Source of the DNA: Vicugna vicugna
Lineage: Eukaryota
Length of the DNA: 64,000 nucleotides
NCBI GenBank assembly: GCA_013265495.1
Contig: MU058667.1
Location: forward strand, 310,001 to 374,000
Reading direction: 5' to 3'
Shown here: positions 40,050-54,900 of the stretch, one piece after another
How the letters are laid out: every line of letters starts with the position of its first letter
How positions within the stretch are numbered: position 1 is the stretch's first letter
Position numbers and translations under genes: made by a program
Notes under the pieces: generated by a model
Seen by the model: the letters and a program-made list of their open reading frames with translations, nothing else
Told to the model about the DNA's origin: nothing
Databases searched by the model: none

Positions 40050-41345
40050 TACAAACTAACCTTATTTCTTCTGTATCTTCTTGGTGGACTGACAGTTTTT
40101 CCATTTTGTAATGGTCCTCTTTATCCCTGGTAATATTCCTTATTCTGAAGTCTTCTGTGTCTATTAATATAGCTACTCCAGCTTTCTTTTGATTAAGTTT
40201 GGTGGTATACTGTTTTCATCCTCTTTCTTTAATCCTTCTGTGACCTCAGTTTAAAAGTTGGTTTCTTTTAGACCACATATAGCTGGTTCTTCCTTTTGTA
40301 TCCAGTTTGATAATCTGTCTTTTAATTGGTATATTTAGAATATTACATTTAATGTACTTACTGGTACGGTTGATACCTACTTTCTTTTAGTTGTTTTATA
40401 TTTGTCTTTTTTTTTTTTGGTATCCTGGATTTGGGGAGTATTTTTAAATATATTTTAAATTTATTTTAATTTTTTAAAAAATTTTGTACTTTTTTGTGTT
40501 CTGTCTACTATTGCCTTATTATTTATATCTCTTTTTTAAATTGAGTGATTGCCTTAACATTTATAATAAACATTTTAAATGTATTAGTCAACATTTTCAA
40601 ATAATATTATATCACTCAGTATAGTGTAAGACTCTTACAACACCATACTTGTGATTCTTCCTTCCCATCCTTTGTGTGATACATTTATCTTTTCATATGT
40701 TATAAACCTCACAATACATTGTTACTATTTTTGTTTTGGACCAGGAGTCAGAAAACTTTTTCTGTAAAGGGCCCAGGTAGTAGATACTTTAATCTCTGTG
40801 GAACATATGGTCTCACTCATAACCACTCAACCCTGCTGTTATAGTGTGAAAGCAGCCACAGATAATATACAGATGAAGGAGCCTGGCTGTGTTCCAATAA
40901 AACTTTATCACATTATGATTAGAATTTCATATAATTTTCACATGTCACAAAATACTTTTAATTCTTATCCTCTGCAAGGTGTAAAACATTCTTCACTTAT
41001 GAGCCTTATACAAATAGGTGGCAGGCCAGATTTGGCCTGTGGGGTGTAGTTTTTGACCACTGCTTTAGATGATTCATTTTTATAGCAATTAAAAATAAGA
41101 AAAACATGTCTTCTACATCTGCCTTCATTTTAGCATTTCCAGAGCTCTTTATTTCTTTTGATAAATATAAATTTTTATCTGTTACCTTGTTCCTTCTGCC
41201 CACAGAACTACCTTTAACATTTCTGGTAATGCAGGTCTGCAGGGGATGAATTTTTTAGCTTCTATCGGTCTGAGAAATTTTTAGCTTCTATCACCTTGAT
41301 AGTGAAGAATATTTTCTCTGGTAAAGGATTCTGGCTTGACACAGT
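40050..41345 (-). mobile_element. Old L1M fragment interrupted by MER58
   Basis: tctttatccctggtaatattcctt...attaatatagctactccagctttcttttgatt...cctttaacatttctggtaatgcaggtctgc. Confidence 0.75.
40742..41062. mobile_element. MER58(B)-like hAT-Charlie element
   Basis: caggagtcagaaaactttttctgtaaagggcc...gtgttccaataaaactttat...ggccagatttggcc...ttgaccactg. Confidence 0.88.
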
Positions 41346-41641
41346 TGTAGTTTATCCAGCCTCTTCTCTTTGTGACAGTGGGAGTGATAGTTTTCCCAGC
41401 ATTCTATATCTAGGCAAAAGTAGAATTTATGAATTCACTTTGAAAAATCATTACAATGAAATATGTTTGTATACTTTCTTGATAGAGTCTGTATAAACAA
41501 TAACTTTATAACAGGTTATTGTTCGTAATTTTCCCAATCATGTATTCAGTTTGATTTTAGATAAGATCACCAGTTTGCCTCCAAGATCAGCTAATGACTC
41601 ACTCATTACAGATGTTACATGTAGTCTTTTCCTCGAACTGA

Positions 41642-41803
<162 letters not shown>

Positions 41804-42673
41804 TAGTTTCCAGTTTCACCTGATGGCTTTGTATCTTCCTTTCTCTGTCATAGAATCCCTGCTGAGGCATTAGTCGAAACATTTTGTACTTGTGAAGTTT
41901 CACGTATCAGGCAGGGCGCTGTTGCCATCTGGTGTTCTGAGTTGGCAATATAATGACTTGGGTATCTGCCCTGCTATCGACTAGAAATTCTAGGCAGTGT
42001 GTCGCAGAAGAACATAAAGACAAAATATTTAATTGACTAATGGAAGTGAAATTAGATTTCTTAAAATATTCTGATTTGACCACTAGCAAGTGACATATAT
42101 TTTAATAATTTTTAGGAACTTAAATTTTATAAAAATAAAAACTAAAGAACATTTTCTGTAAGTTCACTATATGTATTACTTAAATTAAACAGGCAATTTT
42201 TCAGATATTTCTTAGTAATATCCCTACTATTAGTGAATTCCAGGCCTCCTGCCACCTCGGTTTTCCATTTGTAAAATGAAGACAGTGCTATGGAGAGAAG
42301 TGTGATGGCAGCACCAGACGTAACCTGAGCTGTTAGGAGAATCAAGGAGTAAACATTTCCACTTAAAACAGAAATGATACCAGTAGCTTTTTAAAAATAT
42401 TTTTAAAAAATCATTACATTTGGCAAGACCACTGCTGTTTATAAAGTTAAATTTAGAATGTAAAATTTCCTGTAATATGTTTATCAGAACTGTGGTTCCT
42501 AACTCTGAAAGTCAATTTTTTTTAATTTAAAAATATGTGATAATGAATTAGAATTCATCCTACTTTAATGCCATCATGTATATTACTGTCCTTGATTTTG
42601 TTGTAACAAAAGGCAGTGCTAAAATCAGTTCTTTGCTATTTAAGTGAATTAACATTTCCAAGTGACTTAATAA

Positions 42674-42913
<240 letters not shown>

Positions 42914-43289
42914 TAGTATAGTGCCCAGCACAGAGCTACCACCACTAGATGCTGAATGAATGATCTAACAGAGATGGGAGCACTTGGACACTGTACAGAA
43001 GGCATTGAACAGTAAATGTCATATTTAGAAATATGTAGAAATAAAGTGATGTTGAATTTCACAGAAAAGTGCTACTGGCATTTGGAGTTTTGGGTGAGGG
43101 ACTGAGGGAAAGGCTGACACTTAACGCCATCATGAAAGAAGCGACCTATGATTTGAGCTCTGAAAGGATTGTTAGGATTTTGAAAGGTAGAAAAAATAGT
43201 TGTAGGTAGGGAGCATATTGCTCCACCTTACTGTTGATGTGATTTAAAGTTGTTGTCTTTCTAAATCTTGCACTATGCTTGTTTTGTAG

Positions 43290-43403
<114 letters not shown>

Positions 43404-44185
43404 TGAAATGAGAAATAGAAGTAATTCTGTTTCTACTGCACATTAAACCACTGGGGGAAAAGTAAAGGCCTGGGAACGTTTCAATTTATTACATTTTGTG
43501 CTTTTTTGGTTGTTTTTTTTCCAGCAAGGTAGCTTGCAAGTTTCAAATCATTAAACATGTTAACTTTATGGGCCAGATCATGTTTTATGAATACAACAGT
43601 TCTTAGCTTTAAATAGTACAACATTTATAGGTAAGTTATCACTCTAGTACCTTGGCTAGAATGCCCTAATTGTACTTCTGGAAAAAAGATACCGTGAACA
43701 TAAATAATATTTGCATTTCCCCAGTATCACTCTAGCAGTGAGGACAGGGGCAGAACCCTGTTTAATAGAAGCATCGTTCAATCTCTTTAAGTTCTGTAAT
43801 CAGCATTATTGATACTCATGGTTTTAGGGCTGTTGCAGAATTGTGGGGACAGCTTTTATTTGCAGTTTCTGACAGTAATGTTGTCAAGTTGGTGAACTTA
43901 TTGTAACTAGTGAAGTGCCAGATATTTAATGGGTATTTAGTAAATGCTTCCTAATGACTAGTGTAACTCAGTTATTATTTCAGGAGCAATATTCTTATTT
44001 GAAGGCATATTTACAAAGACTCTTGATAGTCGTCAGCTTAAACATAAATACGTTCTTGTTATTACTGTCATCACTTGTTTTTTTAACATACAATGGCCAA
44101 TAAAAATTTAATTCTGTTGCCTAAGACTGCTGATAATATTTGCTGTCTACTAAAAGAAGGCTCAGACTGCCTCTTCTAATCTTAG

Positions 44186-44253
44186 GCTATCATGGAAGTT
44201 CAGAACTTGCGACCGTCTTACTGGAAGTTCCTTTTAAGGCTCACCAAGGGCAG
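44186..44253 (+). CDS. TMEM135: TMEM135 exon 14, AIMEVQNLRPSYWKFLLRLTKG(R)
   Basis: ctaatcttag acceptor, CAG|gtaagc donor, 68 nt, phase 0/2. Confidence 0.97.
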
Positions 44254-44444
44254 GTAAGCGACTGACATGTTTTAATTGGTCATAGAAAAAAAAGCAATTT
44301 CCATAAAAAAGATTTTGAGTATTTTTGCCTGGTTTTGCAAGCGTGTTTTCCTTTGCTTTTATTGTCATGCTCTTTATTGTGTTGTTAGCACTTCCTGATT
44401 TTAATCTAATTCTTTGGGAGGCAGCTTGACCTAACAGAAAGACC

Positions 44445-44910
44445 ATGAGCTTCGGAGTTGAACAGACATAGGTTTGACTCCCACTCAGTACCTTTAGCTG
44501 TGTCAGTGGTTGGGAAAGTTGTTCACCCTCCTGCGCCTCAACTTTCTTTCTCTATGGTGAAACAGTAATACATACTTTGTATGGCTGTGGAAAAATCGTG
44601 ATGTTTGTAGCAGCACCTAGCAGGCACTCAGTATTATGCCATTAGTATTACTGTTATTAATTATAGTAAGCACCATACAATGGTTTGCTATTACGTCCCA
44701 GAAATGGTTTGAAGATACACACCTATAGATACGTATGTATTTAATCCTTAAAATAGCTCTATCAGATAGGTACTATTAATATCCTGGTTTTACATGTGAG
44801 GAAACTGAGCTTCACAGAGAGGTTAGAGCGCCTGCCAGAGTCACAGAGCTGGTAAGTTGTGACCCAGGCAGCCTGGCTTCAGAATTCTTCCCCTTAGCCA
44901 GGACACGGTG
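44445..44910. mobile_element. Two MIRs tail to tail (+ at about 44445-44640, - at about 44690-44910)
   Basis: Recognisable MIR cores in opposite orientations. Confidence 0.75.
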
Positions 44911-45615
44911 TAGCCTTTATATTATTACTGAATCATTTATCACTTTGTCCTTTAGATTTTTTTGGACACCACTGAGTTTAACCAGTTGATTTTGAAAGGG
45001 AATTGACTTTGGAAAGGAACAAAAAATCTTATTTATTGGCTCTTGGAATCTTGATTCTGGCCAATGACTCAAAACTAATGTCTCCCTGATATGTTCTCCA
45101 GAGAAGATACAGTCAGGCACAGAGACACACAAAGTCCATCTTGCACATAGCTAAATATGTGTGTTTTGAAAATTTTTTGTCTCTTAGAAATTTGAAAACC
45201 TAATATGTTGTTTTCAATTCAGTCATTAAATATTTGTATATTTGGATGTGTTTTCTGAGACGTTAAAATTTTGAGAGAAACTACATTTAATACCTTTGCC
45301 TCATTGGTGAATTATTAGCTCACTCATTGTTTATGTAGTTTTCTGTGATTTTATTCATCAGAAAAATCACAATGAACCTATTTTTCTATTTGACACTCAT
45401 GGAAAGAACTCTAGAAGGGCTTGACATGATGATAATTTCTGGGGTTCCAGGTTTGGGGATTATCATCTCTAAAGAAAATACGAGACAGTGAATCTTGAGG
45501 AAGAATATCAAAGTGACTTCTGAATCTGCCTTGGAGTCTTTTGCCACGTCAGCCTTTTCTGTCTCCCTGTCCCATGAAAGAGAAGTCAAATAGAGTGAAC
45601 CATCTTATTTTATAA

Positions 45616-45789
<174 letters not shown>

Positions 45790-48255
45790 AGATGACTGTA
45801 ACTTGTTAATGTGACTTAATGTTTCATTATTTTGTCCTGGAGAGTTAATTATGTTGAATGCAAAGAAGGGGGCCCGAGCTTGAACTTCAGTGTTATTTTA
45901 ATGAGAGATGCTCTTTTTTTGTTTGTTCTTCTTACCGATCAGAAATACAGAAGCTTTTTAGGAAGATGTTGCTTAATAATTAAGCTCTCTCTATAGCCAG
46001 AATCTCATTCTGGATCACTGCAGTGGTTGACGTTATGATATATTATCGATTAAATTATGTCCACAAGCAATACTGAATAATCTATGTAAAATGTAGTAAC
46101 AAATAAGAGTATACTTAAAATTACTTTAAAAGCTGTTTTAGTTCATTCCAATATAATTCTTGGTTAAAACTAAGAATATGTCTACATTTTTAGGATACAA
46201 AGGATCACGGGTACATGGATTTAGTCTGTATGTTTTTTTTTCCTCTAACTTTTGAATTGGTAAGTATAGCGGTGAGATGTTATGGATGTGGAGTAACTCT
46301 TTTTACAGATGATGCTGCTTTAGTATAGAGCAACTTACTCGGAGAAAGTGGCCATTCTTACTTCAGGGACGCAGAGACGGGCCTCATACTGTCGGGTGAG
46401 TGCCGTGGTGTCCATGCTCGTCTTCCGCCGCCACCTCCCTCTCTCTCTCCGCCGTCAGCTGGGCTCTTGGACAGCCCGGGGAACCTGAGTGCTAGGGGCA
46501 GGTTAGGAGCAGACGGGATGGGCATATCTGATAAAGCTGAAACGTGTTAATCGTTTATAGAAGCATTACACTTGAATATTTAAGAGCAAATGAAGTTCCT
46601 TTTAAACCTCCCGTAGGTTTCTTATGTTTGTTTTCATTTATAAGGACTGACTTCTTCATAGGTAAATTGTTGACTCAGAAGGGATCAAATCCTATGGAAC
46701 AAAGTATTTTGGGCAAGTTTGGCAGTTTGTTCCTCAGCTCTTTCACCTGTATCATGGTAGAAGTCCAGTGGCTGTTAAAAAGTCCATTTCGTCACTAATT
46801 GGACACAGGTTCTGTAGCCTCTTTTCAAAAAAGTGTTGTCTCTATTTTTATTCCTGTTAAAGAAGTGATGAAATGTAGTCACTGCTGCTTATAAGTTAGT
46901 TCAGGACAGCTTTGGTTGAAGTATGATCATGCTTCAGGGTTTTTCAGGGAAAAGTTGCTCTTTTCTAAATGAATACAGGGCTTAAGTGGTTGTGATGTCT
47001 CCAGGTAATGTAACATACAGGGATAATGGTATGTTATCAATACAATTTCGTTGCTGAAAAGTTTTAGACTATTGTAAATTATTCAGTAGAACTTCTGTTG
47101 CAACAAGAACTATAACCTAGAGTTTTAAGACGCTTAACCCTCCATATTCAGTTTCATCACGCCTTGCCTACTTCTGTGTACATGTAATCCTAACCTTTGC
47201 TGTTATGGCAGATTGAAACCCGACAAAAAGACTGGTACTATGGTAACAGAGAGCCACTTTAGTTTAATCAAACTTGTGCATTGTCATTGCCTTTTTAAGG
47301 TTGACTTGTCTACTATTTTGGCTTCAGACTCCCAAATTGATTAATAAATTACGTTTTAAGTTTTTATTCACTGGAATCACAATGATGACTGGTACTGTGT
47401 TTACTTTTAAAAATGAAGTATTACAGCAGTGAAGAAAGCATTTGCATCTCATTTTCTCTACTCAGAAATTATGATATTTTTTCCTATCAGGTCAGGGTAA
47501 ATGGAAAACTTTGTAGTCCATAAGTTACTGTTTTCATTCACATTAAAAGACTATGAAATTTAAAGACAAATTCTACTGAAATATGATGAGATTGTTCAGT
47601 AGAATTTTACTGGTCAAAAGGTGCATTTCTATGATTTATCTTTTTTTTGATACTAGTCATCTTTATGTAAAATGTGATAACTATCAGGAAGCAGAGCACA
47701 ATAATGAATGTATAGCTAGAATGAACAGAGAAGTACAATTTGATTTTTTTGGGACAGACTGCAGAGTATAGTTGAGCAGACAAAGAAACTGTGTTTGTGT
47801 TCCTTGAAGACAATCAGAATGAATGTCTTTCTACCTCTAACTAATCAGGTATGGACAACTTCGCATCATAAAATAAAGTCAAATAGATGTCTCCATTCCA
47901 AAACATGTTTTTTAGTCCATTTATATGCTGAAGAAATCCTGTCTGTGGTAAGCTTCCTTCCACTAGGTCTGATTACATTAAACACTTACTATGCTTCTCA
48001 GTATTTCCTCCATCTTTAGGGAGACTGCAAAATAGTGCACTGGGGTGGTTAATAGGATTTTAATCAACTGTTTGCTGTGTTAATAACTTGGTTGGCACTA
48101 ACTCTAGGATTTTAAGACTGAAATTGCAGGATAAAAAAATTGTCTCAAATCTTACCTGTTCTTCATCAGATGGTCCATTTTATTACCCATTTCTGAAATA
48201 CAACCTTTGGTTTGGTTATTAAAAAAATAATAAATGCTATGGCTTATTCTGTTAC
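45790..48255 (+). other. TMEM135: TMEM135 3' UTR (end uncertain)
   Basis: Follows the stop codon; AT-rich with no recognisable repeats; AATAAA at 47343, 47872 and 48229, ATTAAA at 47542. Confidence 0.65.
48229..48234 (+). terminator. Candidate distal polyadenylation signal AATAAA
   Basis: AATAAA followed by U/GU-rich sequence (ttctgttacattttct...ttttttgcttgcatttgttg). Confidence 0.5.
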
Positions 48256-51200
48256 ATTTTCTCAGTTGATACCTAGTATATTTTTTGCTTGCATTTGTTG
48301 TCTGGTCAGTATTAATTTAGAATTTTACCTTTTTACTCTGCTCTCTACTCTGCTCTCAGACCTTGCTTTTGTGATGAAACCCAAACTGGTGAGTTGTCAC
48401 ATAGCTTGAGTATTTATCTCCTTGTGGGTTTTGTGCAGGCTAACATTTGATACAGTTGTGAATGATGACAAAATTGTTTCTGCCTGTTTTTTGTCACATC
48501 CCTGAGTTTCTAAGCCCTCTGACGATGCCTCGTTAGGGAAAATCAATTTTCTTCCACTTGCTACAGCACATTCTCCTCACAGTGGGGCTCAGGCAGTCCC
48601 TCGGCAGGGCCAGAAGGGACGCACCCACTGGGAGCAGTGGCAATCAGAGAAGTCAAGCCCTTACAGTACCTGAATTTTCCCTGTGATTTATGTTTGTTTG
48701 TATAAGGATAAAGTCATTTGGCAGAGCAACAAAATCATTCTTAAATATGGGTGGGTTTTTTGGCACCACAAAGACAAAAGTATTCAGCTGAATTGGGACT
48801 TTGCTAAGATACCTGATAACCTTGTCCTGTTGCTGCTTCTCTCTTCAGTGTTCATTTTTACATACACAATTGAGGTACCTGAAAAATGAGTGACCAAGAA
48901 AGAGATATAAGAAAAAGCAGTAAGTATTTTCTGTAGGACTCAGCTGAGGCTGTGCAGAGTGACAAGGCTAGCTTAACTGTGGATGCCCGAGACTGTTCTC
49001 ACAGTTGCCACAACCCCGTGCCTGCCTCTTTCTCGCCCTGTCCTGGTGGTGCTGGGGCGAGCTCTGCACGTCCTTCCTGTGCAGTTAGCGAGGAAAGGAG
49101 CGTGAGGGGCTGAGGTGACCCTGAGATCAGGAATGTGGTCTTGGGCCCTGGGGCCTGGGGCCTGGGGCCTGTGTGGTACTTCCCTCTAGTTGGGACCTGG
49201 GGGCCTCAGTGACTTTGTAAAACCTCCACAGTTGTGAAAAGGGTAACTACAAAGAAATGAGGCTGACACTGTGTGACTTCTGGAAGCAGAGGAGGGCCAG
49301 GAACTCGACCATGACTGCAGCAGGACACCGCATGGCCCGAAGCCCACAGCTGTGGTGAACAGAAGGTACACTGTTTACACTGAGAAAAGTGAGTGACTTT
49401 TAACTGAAGGAAAGAATTAATATCTGGGAACTGACTTCGTGCTCTTCAGTGTGGCCTCTCCCTCTCCCCGTCTCTGTCCCCGCTCTGTCCCTCTTCCTGG
49501 CCTCGTGCTGCCCCCCCCCATCCCTGTGCCTCCCGCCTGCCTTCTGCTGGCTGCTGTCACTTCCAACTGTGCTCCCGGAACGTGGGCGCCCATCGCTCCC
49601 CTGGTGACAGCTGGTCGGGGTGGGGGTGGGCTCTAGAAGCATCGTGAAGATGGAGGCAACATTTCCAGGGACAGTGACTTTTGATATAGCTCCGCATTTC
49701 TGAGGCAGGAAGGTAGGGAGGATCCGTGCTCAGATGTGGAAAGAGATGTTCCTCTGTCTGTGCAGCCTTTAAGCAGGACAGTCTCTTCTCACCAACCCTG
49801 TGTCATGACCCCGACCCTTGCTATGGCTGCGCGGAAGGGGCAAGAACTCATTTCCTACCTTCCTGTTGCTGTCTCTCCACCTTTCCCTACCCACATGTGT
49901 CCTAAGGAAACAATGCATCAGGCCTTACCTTGGTCTTTGCAGAGCTGAAAATCCCAGCGATAACACACGCACACAGATTGGTCCACGGCAGCGGTCTCAG
50001 GCCAGGTGTGACTGGTACTTTTTCTGCAGCTCTAAGCCACTGCAGCTTGCCTGTTGAGTTTTTTGGTGCAGGTTAGTGTATGCCACCCCCGACCCCTGCC
50101 TCCACCCCCGCCAAAGGGTAACATTCTGACCTTGTCAGCAAACCCCAGGCTGCAGTTCACAGAATGTACCCCAGTCTCAGCGTCCCTCCTTGGCTGGGGC
50201 GGTCCGGGCTTCCACAAGTGGACCTATACTGGCGGAAGTCACCCAGAGTACTAGTTTCCCCTCTCCCTTAATTTGGATCAGGCAGTTTCTGAGGCCTATC
50301 TCCTCAATGTCTATTAAACTTTTTTCAGTCGTCAATTAACCCTTGAAATGAATTTTCTTTTCCGATTATTTTGGTCACACAAGAGGACCCTGGGAGTAGA
50401 GAGAGACTGGGGCCTAAAAAGGTTTAAAGCATGAAGTAACCGTGTTGTTAACAGGTCATTATGAGATGGGGTGGCTAAGGAGACTGTAAATACACATTTC
50501 AAGTCTTACCTCTTCCCCCGATGTCTTTCTTCACCTTCCCAGGCCTGTGTTTTCCTCCCGCGTCTTTGCCATTTATTCCTTCAGTTTTAAGTCCCCAGGG
50601 AAAAAAAATGTAGTAGTACTTTCCCTGTCTGTTCCCGGGAAAGTGAAGGCAAGACTGGTGAGAGCCCACAGGAGTGCTGTGGAGTCTGCGAGGGAAAGCG
50701 GTGGCGTCTCTGGCCCTCCTCTCCCCTCGCAAGTGAGCCAGAGGCTTCATTTGGGTCATGTCCCGGGGACGTGTGACAGACAGGTGCCCTGCCACACTTG
50801 GCGGAGCGGCGAGGCCCAGTCTGTGAAGGGGGAGGAAGGAGTTTGTTCTCAGAATTATCGAAGTGTCGTGTCTGCCGCACTGTTACGGATATAAACCTGA
50901 CTGGGGGCCAGTGGTCAGACTGGGTACTGACTGGTAACGAGGCACTTGGCTTCCTCAGGGTACTCAGTGTTTGTGGCGCGAATGACTGAATGGCCTTGCG
51001 GTGCGTCAGGAAGGCAGCAGTTATTTCCTCATTAAGTTGGAAATGTGTTAGATGTATTGAGAGGTTTTATATGAATAAAGTTCTTCCTCCTCTTGAAATT
51101 TCATTTGTAATACAGGTAAAATTGGCAAAAACCACAGCAAGGAATTCAATCTAAATCTGAGTCTGCATTTTCTGGAAGCCTGTCCTTCTTAGGCATAGCA

Positions 51201-51454
51201 GTAAGGTTCTCTTAAGACCTAGGAGGGGAGAATAAATCAATCTACAAAACTAGAGGTATGATTTGGAGTCATCTGGGCTTTTTTTTTCCTCTCCCTATTA
51301 GAACTCTCCTTTCACTAGAATTTGGATTAAAGTTCAAAAATGGAATTGCAGTTATGGTTAATTGCTCATCTAATGGCTATTTAATCCCTCTTATTTGCTG
51401 AGAACACTTACTTTGTTTAAGGCAGCAATATGCCCTGCCCCGGGGGGTGGTCAT

Positions 51455-51906
51455 GATCTTTCTAGGCCTTTTATGTTTCTCCTTCTGGTCCAGATATTTT
51501 TCCAGCCTTTCCTCTGAAGATGGTCATGTGACCCAATTTGGGCCAATAAGATGTAATGGAAAATCTGGGAAACCCTCGGGAAATTTTTTCCTCCCTGATT
51601 AAAGGAAAGCTCTTTCCAACTCCTTCCCTTTTTCCTGTTCATAACACTGGCTAATGGGATCGGGATCTGTGGCAACAATTTTGCAGATATGAGGTGAGAA
51701 GTACAAAGATGGAAACCCACCACGTTAAAGATGTCAGAGCAGAAAAATGGAAAGAACCTGCCTCCCAGATGACATTCTTGAGCCACTGAATCAACTCCAG
51801 TAACCACATACCTCTGAGCATTTTGAGGAAAACAAACCTCAATCACTCAAGGCTCTGTTAGTCAAGGTTTCTGTTACTTTCAGCTAAAAACATTTCTAAT
51901 TGACGC
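51455..51906 (+). mobile_element. MLT1-type LTR
   Basis: ggtcatgtgacccaatttgggccaataagatgtaa...gtttctgttactttcagctaaa. Confidence 0.75.
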
Positions 51907-54900
51907 ATTCCAATCCTATATAGGTCAGGCCTCAGATCCATTTCACCAGACACCCCTCCCTCCCTCCCTCGATGTAGGATGCCCGCTGCTTCCCCTGCTC
52001 AGCTTCTGCCTGTGTCCTGGACTATTCAGTCACCTCGTCTGGGGAAGCTTTTCTGGTTTTTATCTGTCTTTCTGAAGCAGTTCGGTAACACCTCCCATAA
52101 AGCACATTCCATTTGGGTAGCTGTGTATGCACCTGTTGACCCCTTTCGATTCTGGTATATATTTGAAGGGCAAAGGTCACAGCCTCTGCCCCACCTCTGT
52201 GCCCGAGTCTGGTCTGGCCTTTGGATGGGGGCCAGAGGGAGGAGTTAAGAGTGGGAGAGGGTGGTCTGAGCAACTGTCTCTTGAGTATATGCCAACTCTG
52301 GAATCTGCAGACTAAAAATCTACCCTTAGCCCTCCCTGGGAGCGTCTGGAAAATATTATCCTTACAAATGATTTTGTAAATATTCCAGGAAATTGGCTCC
52401 TACTACCATTCCAGCAGCTATTGGAGCCAGTTTGGCTTCGGGTCTTAGAGAAATGATTTGTCATCTGTTTCATTTGTTTGCTTTTTCCTGACAGAGCTGG
52501 AATTCTGGATTGTTCCCCACTTAAACTGCCAAATCCAAACCAGAAGTAGACAGGGCAAGACACAAGGCTCTTCCTTCCCCTTCATTTCACAGGGTGAAAA
52601 TTCACAGGTAGTTTTCCTAGAATTACACTTTGTGTCTGGCTTTTCAATCACATATTATGATTTTTTTCCCCCTATAACAGAGAGGATCTTAGATACTCGA
52701 AAGGGAAAAGCTTGGAATCATTCTCATCAATACAGGAAGGGCCCTAACGAAGAGCTACTTCTGATACTCATTTTTAGAGGGAAAAGAAAGAAACTGAACT
52801 GTATGCGTTGCCTCGGATTGTTTACGTCACATTCAAATCTCACGCCCTAACAATACATGTTATGAGTTCTATTTTACCAGTAAAAGAACTGGTAATTTGC
52901 CCAGGGTGGCAACACTGGAATCTGAGCTCAGATCTTCAAGAGTTGAAGTTTTGTTTGTCTCAGAACATAACAGTACCAAGAAGTGGCATCTTTACTCCTC
53001 TCTGTTAAAGGTAATTATGTAACAGGGTAATAAAAATCTTCCCACCAAAAATGGTTTTGACACTCAGATACAGGAACAGGAACTGGAATTACCCACTAAC
53101 TTGAAAAAACTAAAAAACCTGATTATATATATTAAAACAGCAGTTTTCAGCCGTGCAGAGCAGGGATGCCTGAGAGAAGGACAACAAATGAACCGAGTCC
53201 TGCCAGTGCCCCAGTGATGCCTGGAGCGAGACTCCAGACCGCAGCTCAGGGAGGGAGCACCACAGCTCAGAGGTCTCCCTGAGTTGAGAGAACAGACCTG
53301 GGAGTCCAGAGAGGCCAAAGTGGGCGAAGCTCATAGGGCAGAGTACAAGAGAGGAGTGAGCTGCACAGGAAGAAAGCATAGAGATCTGAGGAGTGTCCCC
53401 AGGGCGTCATCACCAAAGTTCACACAAAGCAGTGAATAGTTCGTGTTCCTGCTTGCCAGAGTAGAAAACTCCATAACTCAAAGGCACTGGAGAGGAGATG
53501 CAGAAAGTATTGCTTCAGTAAGAGAGCAATATTAGCCTTGGACTAAAGGCTGCAAAGTATCAAACAGTTTATGTGTAACTGTCTCCTAGAACACAAAGTA
53601 TAAGAATTTAGGGATACAAATTTTTGAGTATGCAACAAGGTAAAATTCAAAGTGCTTGGCATCCAATAAAAATTATCAGGCATGCAAAGAGACAGAAAAT
53701 AAGAAATAAGCCATAAGAAAGGGGGAAAGACCTGGAAATGACACAAATACAATTACTATTTGTACAAAAGGACATTGTAACTATATGACATATAGTCAAG
53801 AAGGTAGTGGTCCAGAAGTAGAGGCAAGATTGAGCATACTAGAGGCATAGAAGATGTGCAATGTCTAAAATTTTAAAAATAAATCCATCACACTGAGTGA
53901 GATTAACAGTAGATTAGACAGCAAAAGAGAAGGGCAGAGAACTTGAGACTCTCATCTCAAACTATTTAGAGTGAAATATGACAGGAAAAAAGTGGACAGA
54001 ACTTGAGTGAGCTGTGGGTCCACTTCAGGCAGCCTGATGTACATACAATTGGAGTCCTCAAAAGAGAACAGGTGAGTTTGAGGAGGAGAGGGGTACAGAA
54101 AAACATTTTTTCATGTTTTCGTATTTATTAGGGTCATTTGAAGACAATGGTCAACATTGTTTTCAAACGATGAAAATTATAGACCGACGGATCCAAGAAG
54201 TTCAATGAATTCCAAGAAATAGGAAGAGGATCACACCAAGTCCATCTTAATCAAATTGCTTTAAACCAGTGATTTAAAAAAACTTAAGATCCAGAGTGGT
54301 GGGGGGGGGAGACTTACTACACACACAGAAGAGCTCAGATACAAATGCAGGAGACTTCTCACTGAAAACAATCGAAGCCAGAAGACAGTGGAACAACATC
54401 TTTAATATAATAAAAGGAGTAAGACAATGAAACTTGTCAGCCTAGAATTCTATACACAGTGAAAATATCTTCTCAAACAGCAAAGGCAAAGTAAAGACTT
54501 TTTGAAACATCAAAAAGCTGAATAAATACATCACCAGCAGACCTGCATTATAAGAAATGTTTTAAAAACCTTTTAAGGAGATATAAAATAGTAACCACAT
54601 GGGAAATATGTGGATAAATATTAAAGTCCCCCTTTTTTGTTACTAAATTTATTTAAAAGAGATTTGCTGAAAGCAAGAATAGTAACAGTTTATTGTGGAA
54701 TTCCTAACACATTTCAAAGTAAAATTGCAGAAAGTTTGAGGAAGGAGAAAATGGTAACACGTTATACATGAAGTGGTAAATATTACTTGAAGGAAAACTA
54801 TGATGAGTTAAAGATATATAACATAAGCCCTCAAGTAATTCCCCTCACCCCCAAGAAGTGTTACAGCCAGTTCGCCAACAACATACAGTGGCATCATTAG

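Noticed and set aside
44445..44910. Inverted MIR pair as a dsRNA or editing substrate in the last intron
   Set aside because: The copies look too diverged by eye for a stable long duplex
48900..53000. Dense overlapping ORFs suggesting a downstream gene
   Set aside because: Higher GC lowers stop frequency; no recognisable domains or consistent exon chain; part is an MLT1 LTR
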